DNA of 39,431 nucleotides, taken from positions 1 to 39,431 of the forward strand of contig JASFYR010000041.1 of NCBI GenBank assembly GCA_045047115.1. Direction: 5' to 3'. Source of the DNA: Sulfurospirillum sp. Lineage in GTDB: Bacteria > Campylobacterota > Campylobacteria > Campylobacterales > Sulfurospirillaceae. Shown here in pieces: positions 26,986 through 36,554 of this stretch (the first letter of the stretch is position 1; every line of letters starts with the position of its first letter). The position numbers and the translations under genes were made by a program. A model generated the notes under the pieces. It saw only the letters and a list, made by a program, of their open reading frames with translations. It was not told where the DNA came from and searched no databases.

Positions 26986-28935
26986 ATGAGCAGAGAAAGT
27001 TTAAATAAGTTTATTTTTGTTTATGCTATTTTAATAGCAGTTTTTCATTTTTATATCAATATTTGGGGTGGCATCAGCAATCTGAGATTTAATGCAGCCC
27101 ATTTTTCCCTTTTAGCGTCTTTGGGTTTTTTAACATTTAGAGCAACCAAGCACTCTTCTGAGGACATTATTCCGATATATGATATATTTTTGGCTCTTTT
27201 AGCCTCCAGTATAGTTATATATATGGTGCTTTTTGAAGATAGTTTTTATGCCGTGGCAAATAGCAACATGAGACCACTCGATCTCTTTTATGCAGGTTTG
27301 ACTATATTTATATCTATCGAGATACTGAGAAGAACAACAGGACTTATCATACCCACCATGATAGTGATAGCCATCAGTTATTTACTATTTTTTGGTAAGT
27401 ATTTAACCGGTGTCTTTGCTTTTGGTGGCATGACCGTGGATAGATTTTTATATAGGATGTTTTATACAGGAGAGGGACCATTTGGACCAATTGCCACAAT
27501 TTCAGCTACTTATGTATTTATGTTCATACTCTTTTCTGCATTTTTAATGAAAAGTGGTGCCGGAGATTTTATAGTAGAGTTGGCATCAGTTGCAACTTCA
27601 AAGTTTAAAGGCGGAACAGGACATGTGGCGCTCTTTAGCTCAGCTTTGATGGGGACGATATCAGGAAGTGCTGTGGCAAATGTAGTTTCAACCGGCTCTA
27701 TTACAATTCCTATGATGAAAAAAGCTAAATTTCAGCCAATGTTTGCAGCTTCAGTTGAAACAAGTGCGAGTACGGGTGGACAGATAATGCCTCCTATCAT
27801 GGGTGCTGGAGCATTTATTATGGCTCAAATGACTCAAATTGCGTATTCGACTATCATCGTTCTTTCGATTTTGCCAGCGATGTTGTACTTCATTTCTATC
27901 TCTTTTTATATACATATCCATGCTAAAAAATATAATCTACCCGCAGGCGAGTCAAATAAAAAAGCTTGGCCGATTGTGCGAGAAGGTTTTCATTTTTTGA
28001 TTCCAATCACTGTTTTGATTGTGCTGTTGATATACGGATTTACTCCAACTTATGCCGCTGGTATATCTATGCTAACCATAATAGCAGCATCTTATCTTAC
28101 TAAAACAAAAAGGATGAATTTTAGACTTATCCTTGAAGCCATGGCTCAAGGTTCACAAAATATGGTAGTTACCGGTACACTTTTGGTTAGTATAGGTATT
28201 ATTGTCGGCGTGATAAATATCTCAGGAATTGGCATAACATTATCCCAATTGATAATCGAATGGTCTAACAATAACCTTTTTATAGCTCTTATGCTTGTAT
28301 CTGTTGCTGCTATAGTTTTGGGTATGGGACTTCCGACAACGGCAGCCTATGTTGTTTTGGTTGTTTTATCAGCTCCTGCATTGGTTGGTCTGATGTTAGA
28401 TCCGGCAACTGCTGCACTTGTGAGTGCGGGCATTAGTGTACCTCAGGCTACAATGTATCTGCTTTCAGCTCATTTGATGGTATTTTGGTTGGCTCAGGTT
28501 TCAAACTTGACCCCGCCTGTCTGCTTAGCTGCCTTTGCAGGAGCTGCGATAGCAGGTACTCCTCCGATGAAGACAGGGTTCAAGGCTCTTAACTTAGGAA
28601 AAGCATTTTATATCATGCCTCTACTTTTTGCTTTCAGTCCGCTTATAACAGGAACATGGCCTGAAAAATTTGAAGTTTTTATTTTTGCAATACCTGGATT
28701 TTTAGGAATTGCCGCAGTATCTGAGGGGTTTTGGGATATGAAAATGACAATTTTTGAGAGAGTACTTTTTGCGATTGCCACAATTTTACTTTTTTCACAA
28801 GATCATATTTTTAATTTAAAGAGTTATTTTGATTTAGTGCAAGATACTAGTATCTTGGGAATAATTGTGATGATAATTGCCATGAGTATCCATAAAATAA
28901 GATATAGAAAATTTTCTTTACAGAAGGTCGCTTAG
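26986..28935 (+). CDS. TRAP transporter fused permease (DctQM, TAXI type)
   Basis: GTISGSAVANV, ASTGGQIMPPIMGAGAF, LGMGLPTT and TPPVCLA motifs. Confidence 0.93.
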   Translation: MSRESLNKFIFVYAILIAVFHFYINIWGGISNLRFNAAHFSLLASLGFLTFRATKHSSEDIIPIYDIFLALLASSIVIYMVLFEDSFYAVANSNMRPLDLFYAGLTIFISIEILRRTTGLIIPTMIVIAISYLLFFGKYLTGVFAFGGMTVDRFLYRMFYTGEGPFGPIATISATYVFMFILFSAFLMKSGAGDFIVELASVATSKFKGGTGHVALFSSALMGTISGSAVANVVSTGSITIPMMKKAKFQPMFAASVETSASTGGQIMPPIMGAGAFIMAQMTQIAYSTIIVLSILPAMLYFISISFYIHIHAKKYNLPAGESNKKAWPIVREGFHFLIPITVLIVLLIYGFTPTYAAGISMLTIIAASYLTKTKRMNFRLILEAMAQGSQNMVVTGTLLVSIGIIVGVINISGIGITLSQLIIEWSNNNLFIALMLVSVAAIVLGMGLPTTAAYVVLVVLSAPALVGLMLDPATAALVSAGISVPQATMYLLSAHLMVFWLAQVSNLTPPVCLAAFAGAAIAGTPPMKTGFKALNLGKAFYIMPLLFAFSPLITGTWPEKFEVFIFAIPGFLGIAAVSEGFWDMKMTIFERVLFAIATILLFSQDHIFNLKSYFDLVQDTSILGIIVMIIAMSIHKIRYRKFSLQKVA

Positions 28936-30129
28936 GTGATATATGATTATCTTATAATCGGTGGGGGAATTATAGGTTTAAATATTGCAAGAACTCTAAA
29001 ATTAAAATTTAAAGATGCGAATATAGTTGTGATAGAGAAGGAGAGTGAAGTTGCTATGCATAGTAGTGGACGAAACAGCGGCGTGCTTCATGCAGGATTT
29101 TACTATAGTGCTGATTCTCTAAAAGCAAAATTTACAAGAGACGGCAATGCTAAAATGCATGAGTTTTGCAAAAGCAGAGGACTTCGCATAAATAGGTGTG
29201 CAAAAGTAGTAGTTGCCCAAAACGAAGAGGAGATCAAGGGCCTAGAAGAGCTAAAGAGAAGAGGGGATGTAAATGGAGTAGAGCTTCATTGGATGAGTGA
29301 AGAGGAACTGAATAAAAAATTTCCACTTATAAAAACAAGAAAAAAGGCTCTCTTTTCACCAACAACTGCTACGATAGATCCAAGAGAAGTTACTTTGGAA
29401 TTTAAAAAAGTAGTTCAAGAGCTAGGTGTAGAGGTTTTGACTTCTATAGCCTATGTAAAAAGAGATCATGAGTATGAGATTGAGACAAGCAGAGGCTCTA
29501 TGAAATTTAAAAAATTGATAAACTGCGCAGGACTCTATGCCGATAAGATAGCAAAAGACTTTGGTTTTGGGAAAAAGTATGTAATCATACCTTTTAAAGG
29601 CATATATCTAAAAGACAAGTACAATGTATGTGGACTTGAAACCAATGTCTATCCAGTGCCAAATCTCGCAAATCCTTTTTTGGGAGTGCATTATACCTAT
29701 GCGGTTGAAGATGATAGCAAAATAGGACCGACTGCAATTCCTGCTTTTTGGAGAGAAAATTATAAGGGATTTGATAACTTTAGCCTATCTGAAATGGTGC
29801 AGATTTTATATTATGAAGCGAAGCTGTTTATCACAAATGCCTTCGGTTTTAGAAATCTTGCCATCAGCGAAGTAAAAAAATACTCAAGATCTTATCTTTT
29901 AAATTTAGCAAAAGGTTTGACAAAACCACTTGATATGAGCGGCTTTGACTCTTGGAGTACACCTGGTATAAGAGCTCAGTTGCTAGACACAAAAACTTTG
30001 GAATTGGTGCAAGACTTTGTAGTAGAGGGAAATGAGGTGAGCATACATGTGCTAAATGCAGTAAGCCCGGCATTTACCTCTTCTATCCCATTTTCACAAT
30101 GGGTAGTGGACAATTATATAGATATATAA
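28936..30129 (+). CDS. lhgO: L-2-hydroxyglutarate oxidase/dehydrogenase-like FAD enzyme
   Basis: IIGGGIIG, HSSGRNSGVLHAG, YPVP..PFLGVH, GIRAQ and HVLNAVSPAFTSS motifs. Confidence 0.85.
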   Translation: MIYDYLIIGGGIIGLNIARTLKLKFKDANIVVIEKESEVAMHSSGRNSGVLHAGFYYSADSLKAKFTRDGNAKMHEFCKSRGLRINRCAKVVVAQNEEEIKGLEELKRRGDVNGVELHWMSEEELNKKFPLIKTRKKALFSPTTATIDPREVTLEFKKVVQELGVEVLTSIAYVKRDHEYEIETSRGSMKFKKLINCAGLYADKIAKDFGFGKKYVIIPFKGIYLKDKYNVCGLETNVYPVPNLANPFLGVHYTYAVEDDSKIGPTAIPAFWRENYKGFDNFSLSEMVQILYYEAKLFITNAFGFRNLAISEVKKYSRSYLLNLAKGLTKPLDMSGFDSWSTPGIRAQLLDTKTLELVQDFVVEGNEVSIHVLNAVSPAFTSSIPFSQWVVDNYIDI

Positions 30130-30160
30130 GGCACCAAATGATGCCTTATATTTTATTTTT
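30124..30160. terminator. Intrinsic terminator between convergent lhgO and metE
   Basis: ATATAAGGCA-N8-TGCCTTATAT followed by a T-rich run. Confidence 0.7.
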
Positions 30161-32435
30161 AAGAAAGAGATTCTCTGACTATTTTCACTGCTTCAACCAT
30201 ATTTTTAAGGCTCGGTATTACCTCTTTCCACTTTCTTGTTTTTAGGCCACAATCCGGATTTATCCATAGCTGCTCTTTTGGCAGGACTTCTAAAAGAAGT
30301 TTTATTTGCTTGACTATTTCATCAACGCTTGGAATTCTAGGAGAGTGAATATCATATACTCCCGGACCTACTTCTTGTTTATATCCGACTTCTTTAAATA
30401 CTCTCAAAAGCTCATTTCCGCTTCTTGCTGTCTCTATCGTGATGACATCAGCATCCATTGCTTCGATAGTTCTTATGATGTCGTTAAATTCACTATAACA
30501 CATATGAGTGTGTATCTGAGTCTCTTTTTTTGCACTGCTTACACTTAGTTTAAAGTTTTCAACCGCCCACTTCTCGTAAGCAGGTATTTTACTAGTTCGC
30601 AAAGGATAGCCCTCTTTAAAAGCCGCCTCATCAACCTGTATGATTTTTATGCCTGCATTTTGCAAATCATCTACTTCATCACTGAGTGCGACTGCTAGCT
30701 CTTTTGCAACTTCATCTCTTGGTTTGTCGTCTCTTACAAAAGACCAGTTTAATATAGTCACAGGACCTGTTAGCATGCCTTTCATAATCTTTTTGGTTTT
30801 ACTTTGTGCATAAGTGATCCACCCAACTGTCATAGGCTTTGGTCTGCTTATGTCACCATAGATGAAAGGGGGCTTTACGCATCTGCTGCCATAACTTTGA
30901 ACCCAGCCGTTTTGACTGAAACCATATCCGTTTAACTGCTCACCAAAATATTCAACCATATCATTTCTTTCCGGTTCTCCGTGAACTAATACTTCCAGTC
31001 CTGTATCTTCTTGTATAGCAATACACTCATCTATGTAATTTTTCATCTCTTTTTCATAACTCTCTTTTGAGATGAGAGAGTTTTTGTACTCTCTCCTTGC
31101 TTTTCTTATCTCATCTGTTTGAGGAAATGAGCCGATAGTTGTGGTCGCCAAATCTTTATATCCCAAAAGCTCTCTTTGAATTTTTATCCTCTTTTCAAAC
31201 TCGCATTCTCTTTGGAATTTTGTAAGATTTTGAACCCTGTTTTTTGTCTCTTGGTCATGAATTTTTTTAGAGGTTTTCCTGGTTAGATTCGCCTCTTTGT
31301 TATTTTTTAGAGTTTTAAGCTCGTTGTCGTCTAATGAGTAGATACCCTTTAAAAAGATTTTTGATATGAGAGAAACTTCATCTAGCTTCTCTACTGCATA
31401 ACTGAGCCAATTTTTGATCTCTTTATCCATTTTTTGTTCATACTTTAGGCTAAAAGGGGTGTGTAAAAGTGAACAAGATGAGCCTATGATGAGGTTGTCT
31501 CTATCAACTGTTTTGGTGATTTTTTTCAAAAGCTCCAGTGTCTTTTTGATATCGTTTTTCCAGATATTTCGTCCGTTTACTACTCCGGCTATCAGTTTTT
31601 TACCGGATGCTGCTATTGCTTCAAGAGCCTCTAAGTTATCCTCTCCATGTATAAAATCAAGCCCCAAAGCCCATATAGGAGTGTGTACCAAGATATTTGT
31701 AGCTTCATTTGAGTGCTCAAAATATGTACTAACCACTATCTTTACATGTGGAACAACGCTGCAAAGTCTGTCATAAGTCGTCTTAACAAGACTCAGTACC
31801 TTTGAATCTAAATCTTTAACAAAAATAGGCTCATCTATCTGAAGAGTTATATCATCATCCAGCTTACCGATTTGCTTGATAATATCCTCATAAACAGGTA
31901 AAATTTTAGTAAAAAGCTCATAAGTATCGCCTCTGTCAGTTCTCTTTGAGAGTCCTAAAAATGTCAAAGGTCCTATGAGATTTATCTTTGTCTTTATGCC
32001 TAACTCTTTTGCCTCTTTATATTCATCTACTATCTTTTTGGCATTTGCCTTGTAATTATCTTTGAGCGAGAGTTCGGGCACTATGTAGTGGTAGTTTGTA
32101 TTGAACCACTTTGTCATCTCCATAGCGACTCTGCTCTCGTCTCCCCTTGCCATAGTAAAGTACAATTCTTCTTCTTTTAAATCTTGAAATCTTTGTGGAA
32201 CGGCTCCTAATAAAATGGCGGTATCAAGCATATTGTCGTACAGTGAAAAGTCGTTTGAACTGATATACCCTATACCAGCCTCTTTTTGATAATTCCAGTG
32301 TCTTTTTTTGAGTTTACTTGCAACTTTTTGTACTTCATTAAATGGGATCTTTTTAGCCCAAAAACTCTCCAATGCTCTCTTTAACTCTCTTTGCTCTCCG
32401 ATTCTTGGAAAGCCTACTATATAATTTTTTGACAT
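30159..32435 (-). CDS. metE: Cobalamin-independent methionine synthase
   Basis: GFPRIG, KWFNTNYHY, HGEPERNDMVEYF, Zn ligands HTHMC and WINPDCGLKTR. Confidence 0.97.
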   Translation of the reverse strand: MSKNYIVGFPRIGEQRELKRALESFWAKKIPFNEVQKVASKLKKRHWNYQKEAGIGYISSNDFSLYDNMLDTAILLGAVPQRFQDLKEEELYFTMARGDESRVAMEMTKWFNTNYHYIVPELSLKDNYKANAKKIVDEYKEAKELGIKTKINLIGPLTFLGLSKRTDRGDTYELFTKILPVYEDIIKQIGKLDDDITLQIDEPIFVKDLDSKVLSLVKTTYDRLCSVVPHVKIVVSTYFEHSNEATNILVHTPIWALGLDFIHGEDNLEALEAIAASGKKLIAGVVNGRNIWKNDIKKTLELLKKITKTVDRDNLIIGSSCSLLHTPFSLKYEQKMDKEIKNWLSYAVEKLDEVSLISKIFLKGIYSLDDNELKTLKNNKEANLTRKTSKKIHDQETKNRVQNLTKFQRECEFEKRIKIQRELLGYKDLATTTIGSFPQTDEIRKARREYKNSLISKESYEKEMKNYIDECIAIQEDTGLEVLVHGEPERNDMVEYFGEQLNGYGFSQNGWVQSYGSRCVKPPFIYGDISRPKPMTVGWITYAQSKTKKIMKGMLTGPVTILNWSFVRDDKPRDEVAKELAVALSDEVDDLQNAGIKIIQVDEAAFKEGYPLRTSKIPAYEKWAVENFKLSVSSAKKETQIHTHMCYSEFNDIIRTIEAMDADVITIETARSGNELLRVFKEVGYKQEVGPGVYDIHSPRIPSVDEIVKQIKLLLEVLPKEQLWINPDCGLKTRKWKEVIPSLKNMVEAVKIVRESLS

Positions 32436-32488
32436 AGTTATTCCTATTAGTTTATTTTTTTGTATGTTTTATGAAAAATGTGTAAAAA

Positions 32489-32716
32489 CTAGCAGGAGAG
32501 AGGAGGGTGTACACCAGTGCGTCTAAAAGCAAAATATGTGCAGTAGTAAGGACATCTCGGTATAAATGTGTTTAAAAGCATAACCAATCTGGCTTTCAAT
32601 CTAAAGATGCAATTACAGTGACAAGGCTTTGTATTTTGCAACAAAATCTTCTCTTTTAGTGTCTTATGTGTGATTTTAAAAAAAGGGTGGATTGAGCTAA
32701 TATATAAAAAATTCAA
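32489..32716 (-). CDS. Putative metE leader peptide (75 aa, Cys-rich)
   Basis: Lies between a consensus promoter and metE; AAGGGG RBS 7 nt before TTG; six Cys; ends RRTGVHPPLSC. Confidence 0.5.
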   Translation of the reverse strand: MNFLYISSIHPFFKITHKTLKEKILLQNTKPCHCNCIFRLKARLVMLLNTFIPRCPYYCTYFAFRRTGVHPPLSC

Positions 32717-32741
32717 TTAACAACCCCTTTTTTTTTATGAA

Positions 32742-32750
32742 ATTATACCA
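32742..32750 (-). promoter_or_regulatory. Extended -10 promoter for the leader-metE transcript
   Basis: TGGTATAAT on the minus strand. Confidence 0.7.
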
Positions 32751-33041
32751 AAAAAAGGAGTATTTTGGAAGTTACATATGATTTCTAGTGTTAATACCTT
32801 TTGAAAAAAGTGGTGCATTGTGATTTATGGATTTTAAGACAGTACTCTTTGTAATGGCATTAAAAGACCCTGGATATGGTTTTTTATGATATTGTTATTT
32901 TTTAAAATGGATATTTTAGCTAACTTTTAGTGCAGAGATAATAAATATCTCTTGACATTTATTATCTAATTAAGGTAAATTATGCCTTAAAATCAAGAGA
33001 AATACAGTTTAAAAAAAATATAAAGAGAAGGTAATAATAGA

Positions 33042-33782
33042 ATGATTCAATATGATAAAGTTTTTGATTTAACAAAAGAGCTTGCAATCTTGTATGTTGA
33101 GGATGATAAATCTTTATTGGAAGAAACCAGTGAGGTTTTTGAAGATTTGTTTTCTCAAGTTGATACTGTAACAAATGGAGAAGAAGGCCTAAAAAAATAT
33201 CTATCATTTTTTCAGGATCATTCAAAATATCATGATATAGTAGTTACTGATATTAGTATGCCAAAGATGAATGGAATTGAACTGATAAAAAAGATATACG
33301 AAATAAATAAAAACCAAGCAATTATTGTAATTTCAGCACATAATGAATCTGAATATCTTATTGAACTTGTAAATGTTGGTATCGAACAATTTCTAATAAA
33401 ACCCCACAGCTACAACACCGTTTTAGATATTTTGTATAAAACTTCGACTAAAATTTTAAAATCATCAAAAGAAACATCCAATAGCAATATAGATAAAATT
33501 GAATTGAATAGTGATTTTTTATGGAACAAAAAAGATTCTGTACTATTTTTTAATGGAAATAAGATAAATTTAACAAAAAATGAGACTCTTTTAATGCAAA
33601 TTTTTATAAAAAATAGATATAAAGTATCAACACTTGAAGAGATATTCAATACTCTTTGGGAGGATAACCCGCACCTTGCATCAACTGAAACATTAAAATC
33701 TATCATTTCAAGACTTAGAAAAAAGATTTATGGCATAACAATAGAAAATGTCTATGGATTGGGATATAGACTGGTTTTCTGA
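33042..33782 (+). CDS. OmpR-family response regulator
   Basis: LYVEDD, TDISMP, KP, SRLRKK and GLGYRL motifs. Confidence 0.92.
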   Translation: MIQYDKVFDLTKELAILYVEDDKSLLEETSEVFEDLFSQVDTVTNGEEGLKKYLSFFQDHSKYHDIVVTDISMPKMNGIELIKKIYEINKNQAIIVISAHNESEYLIELVNVGIEQFLIKPHSYNTVLDILYKTSTKILKSSKETSNSNIDKIELNSDFLWNKKDSVLFFNGNKINLTKNETLLMQIFIKNRYKVSTLEEIFNTLWEDNPHLASTETLKSIISRLRKKIYGITIENVYGLGYRLVF

Positions 33783-33893
33783 AACAATATAATATCAAAC
33801 TTCCCACATAGTTCAATAGATTTAAAACCCATATTTTACTATAATGATGCTCTTATTATAATTTTTAATTTATAGAATACCTGGAGGTACTAA

Positions 33894-35831
33894 ATGTTTA
33901 AGTCAAAAATATTACATAAAACAATGTTGCTTATGACAATCTTAATATCCGGATATATTGGCGCTATATTAATACATGCTTTCCCTAAAATAAATAGCAA
34001 AGTCATCTCTTTGGAAAAAATAAATGTAGAAGATATGCTAAATAGTATTATAATTATCAGTAAAATGAGTTATAACAATATAGAAGATTTTAAAAAAGAG
34101 ACTCTATCTTCATATAAAAGGAATCTAAAAAATATTACCCTGCTACCCAGCTATATAATCGAATCATACTACAATAAATATAAAAATGGCAAACTTAGTG
34201 AAAAAGAAGCAAAACTGCTTGCCTGCAATGAAATAAATAATTTAAAATATCCTATAAATGTAAATTTTTTCATTTTAAATAATAACTGTAAATTTATTTC
34301 TCACTCAAATCTAAAATATAAAAATAATAAATATTTAACAAAACAGATAATTGATAAAATTAGAAAAAAGAAAGAAGTTTTTATAGAATATTCACATTCC
34401 GATGCAAAAAGTGCATACAATAAAAGGCTGGTTTATATAAAAGCTTTTAAACCATGGAATATATATATTGGTTCAGAAAAACCTATTGGTTATATCAATA
34501 AAGAAGTTAAAAAGAAAGAAAAAAATCTACTTAAACAAGTCAATAATATTATTGGTATTTCAAATATAGGAAAGTTAGGAACCTCTTTTATTTTCAATAA
34601 GCGAGGAGAGGTGCTTGTGTATCAAAATTCTAATATGAAAAATTCTAACCTAAAAAAAATAAAAAATCCCAAGACAGGAAAGTCTCTTTATGATATTTTT
34701 CTAAAAGTGGCTAAAACCAAAAAAGAACTAAAATACTATTGGAACAAGCCAAATGACAAAAATAACTATATATATGAAAAAATATTATGGATAAAATATA
34801 TACCTGAACTTAAATGGTATGTGGCAACTACTGTTTATATGGAGGAATTTGAAGTAATGTCACATAAATTACAAAAGATTGTTGGATCTTTAGGCATTAT
34901 GACTCTGCTCATAGCCATAATCATAAGTTTTGTATTTTTTAAAAAACTTTTACAGCCTATTTTAACTCTTTCAAATATGGCAAATAGTGCTATACAGGGG
35001 GATTATAGTGTACGATCTAATGTAAAAGCAAATGATGAAATTGGACAATTATCTAAAAATTTCAATATGATGATTGAAACTATTGAAAAAAATATCAAAA
35101 AAGAAAAGAAAATAATGGAGCAATCTCGCTTAGCTCAAATGGGAGAAATTATGAGTATGATAGCTCATCAATGGAGACAACCATTAAGCTCAATAAGCAG
35201 TGCTGTTGTAAATATACAAATTAAAATACATAGTAAGAAATATGATTTTGAAAACAAAAATGATACATTGCTTTTTTTGAATTTATTAAATAAAAAACTT
35301 AATTCTATAGAAGAGTATGTACAGTTTCTTTCAACTACAGTTGATGATTTTAGAACTTTTTTTAAACAAGACAGCAATAAAAAACTTGTACCTTTAGCGA
35401 TACCCATAAATAAAGCTTTACAAATGATTGAAACTTCTATGTCCAATAAAAATATACAAATCAATAAGAATTTTCAAGCAAATAATGAGGTTTTGATATA
35501 TAAAAATGAATTAATACAAGTTATTCTAAATATTTTAAAAAATAGTGAAGATAATTTTATAGAAAAAAATATACCAAATCCAACAGTGCATATAACAACA
35601 AAAGAAGAAAAAAATATGAATTTAATATCAATAGTGGATAATGGGGGTGGTATTCCAGATGATATCTTGTCAAAAATATTCAAGCCATATTTTTCAACAA
35701 AAGTAGAAAAAAATGGTACAGGCTTGGGCCTTTATATGTCAAAAGTTATAATAGAGGAACATCACAATGGAATACTGCGAGCCAGAAATGTAGAGAATGG
35801 TATCAATTTTGAAATAATTTTATATAAATAA
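33894..35831 (+). CDS. Sensor histidine kinase (Cache-like domains, HAMP)
   Basis: Two TM segments, Cache-like YYWNKP and KWYV, HAMP DEIGQL..NFN, H-box [14 protein letters not shown] and GTGLGL. Confidence 0.92.
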   Translation: MFKSKILHKTMLLMTILISGYIGAILIHAFPKINSKVISLEKINVEDMLNSIIIISKMSYNNIEDFKKETLSSYKRNLKNITLLPSYIIESYYNKYKNGKLSEKEAKLLACNEINNLKYPINVNFFILNNNCKFISHSNLKYKNNKYLTKQIIDKIRKKKEVFIEYSHSDAKSAYNKRLVYIKAFKPWNIYIGSEKPIGYINKEVKKKEKNLLKQVNNIIGISNIGKLGTSFIFNKRGEVLVYQNSNMKNSNLKKIKNPKTGKSLYDIFLKVAKTKKELKYYWNKPNDKNNYIYEKILWIKYIPELKWYVATTVYMEEFEVMSHKLQKIVGSLGIMTLLIAIIISFVFFKKLLQPILTLSNMANSAIQGDYSVRSNVKANDEIGQLSKNFNMMIETIEKNIKKEKKIMEQSRLAQMGEIMSMIAHQWRQPLSSISSAVVNIQIKIHSKKYDFENKNDTLLFLNLLNKKLNSIEEYVQFLSTTVDDFRTFFKQDSNKKLVPLAIPINKALQMIETSMSNKNIQINKNFQANNEVLIYKNELIQVILNILKNSEDNFIEKNIPNPTVHITTKEEKNMNLISIVDNGGGIPDDILSKIFKPYFSTKVEKNGTGLGLYMSKVIIEEHHNGILRARNVENGINFEIILYK

Positions 35832-35848
35832 TTATAATTTTACACGCC

Positions 35849-35881
35849 TGCAACCTTTATGCAACCCTCTTAAAGTATGAT
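35849..35881 (+). promoter_or_regulatory. Direct repeat plus -10 upstream of cooF
   Basis: TGCAACC at 35849 and 35860 (11-bp period), then TATGAT at 35876-35881. Confidence 0.65.
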
Positions 35882-35949
35882 GACAATATGACGATGATCA
35901 ATAGCTTTTTTAACAAAGTTTTTGATCCTATTTTCAAAAAGGAGTACTT

Positions 35950-36516
35950 ATGAGTGATATTGCAAATAATTTATTTGTATATACAGACCCAGATAGATGC
36001 ATGGGTTGCCATAGCTGTGAGATAGCCTGTGCTACTTCTCATTCAGACTACGACTTGCAAACATCTGTCTTAATGCGCATAAAATCATATCCATCAAGAA
36101 ATACAGTAATTAAAGTTGGCAATTTAACTACCGTAATTCAATGTGTAAGTTGCGATGCGCCATGTATAGACCCATGTCCTATTGATGTTATCAATAGATA
36201 TGATGAATTTGGAGGAGTAGTTAAAATTGATGAGGAAAATTGTATTGGTTGTAAAGCTTGTGCAAAAGCTTGTCCTTATGATGTAATCAAAATGGTTGAT
36301 GAGATAATACCGCCAGAAAAAGAGATAGCTTTAAATGGGAAAAAGAAAAAAAGAAAAAAGAAAAAAGCTTTAAAATGTGATTTATGTTTTGACAAAAAAG
36401 GAGAAAATGGAGAATTTAACCCTGCTTGTGTAACAGCATGTCCTACGGAAGCTATAATCTTAACAAGTGATGATTTACTTCGTACCAAAGCTCTAAAAAT
36501 GGCTGGATATCTTTAG
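35950..36516 (+). CDS. cooF: CooF-like 4x[4Fe-4S] electron-transfer protein
   Basis: CMGCHSCEIAC, CVSCDAPCIDPCP, CIGCKACAKACP and KCDLC...PACVTACP; directly upstream of cooS. Confidence 0.85.
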   Translation: MSDIANNLFVYTDPDRCMGCHSCEIACATSHSDYDLQTSVLMRIKSYPSRNTVIKVGNLTTVIQCVSCDAPCIDPCPIDVINRYDEFGGVVKIDEENCIGCKACAKACPYDVIKMVDEIIPPEKEIALNGKKKKRKKKKALKCDLCFDKKGENGEFNPACVTACPTEAIILTSDDLLRTKALKMAGYL

Positions 36517-36554
36517 GATATTTATAAAAATCAATATTATTTAAAGGATAAAAA

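Noticed and set aside
32755..32980. Small gene divergent from the metE leader
   Set aside because: AAGGAG then TTG gives only 7 codons (32765-32788), and other frames are short. It could be a junction scar but cannot be supported.
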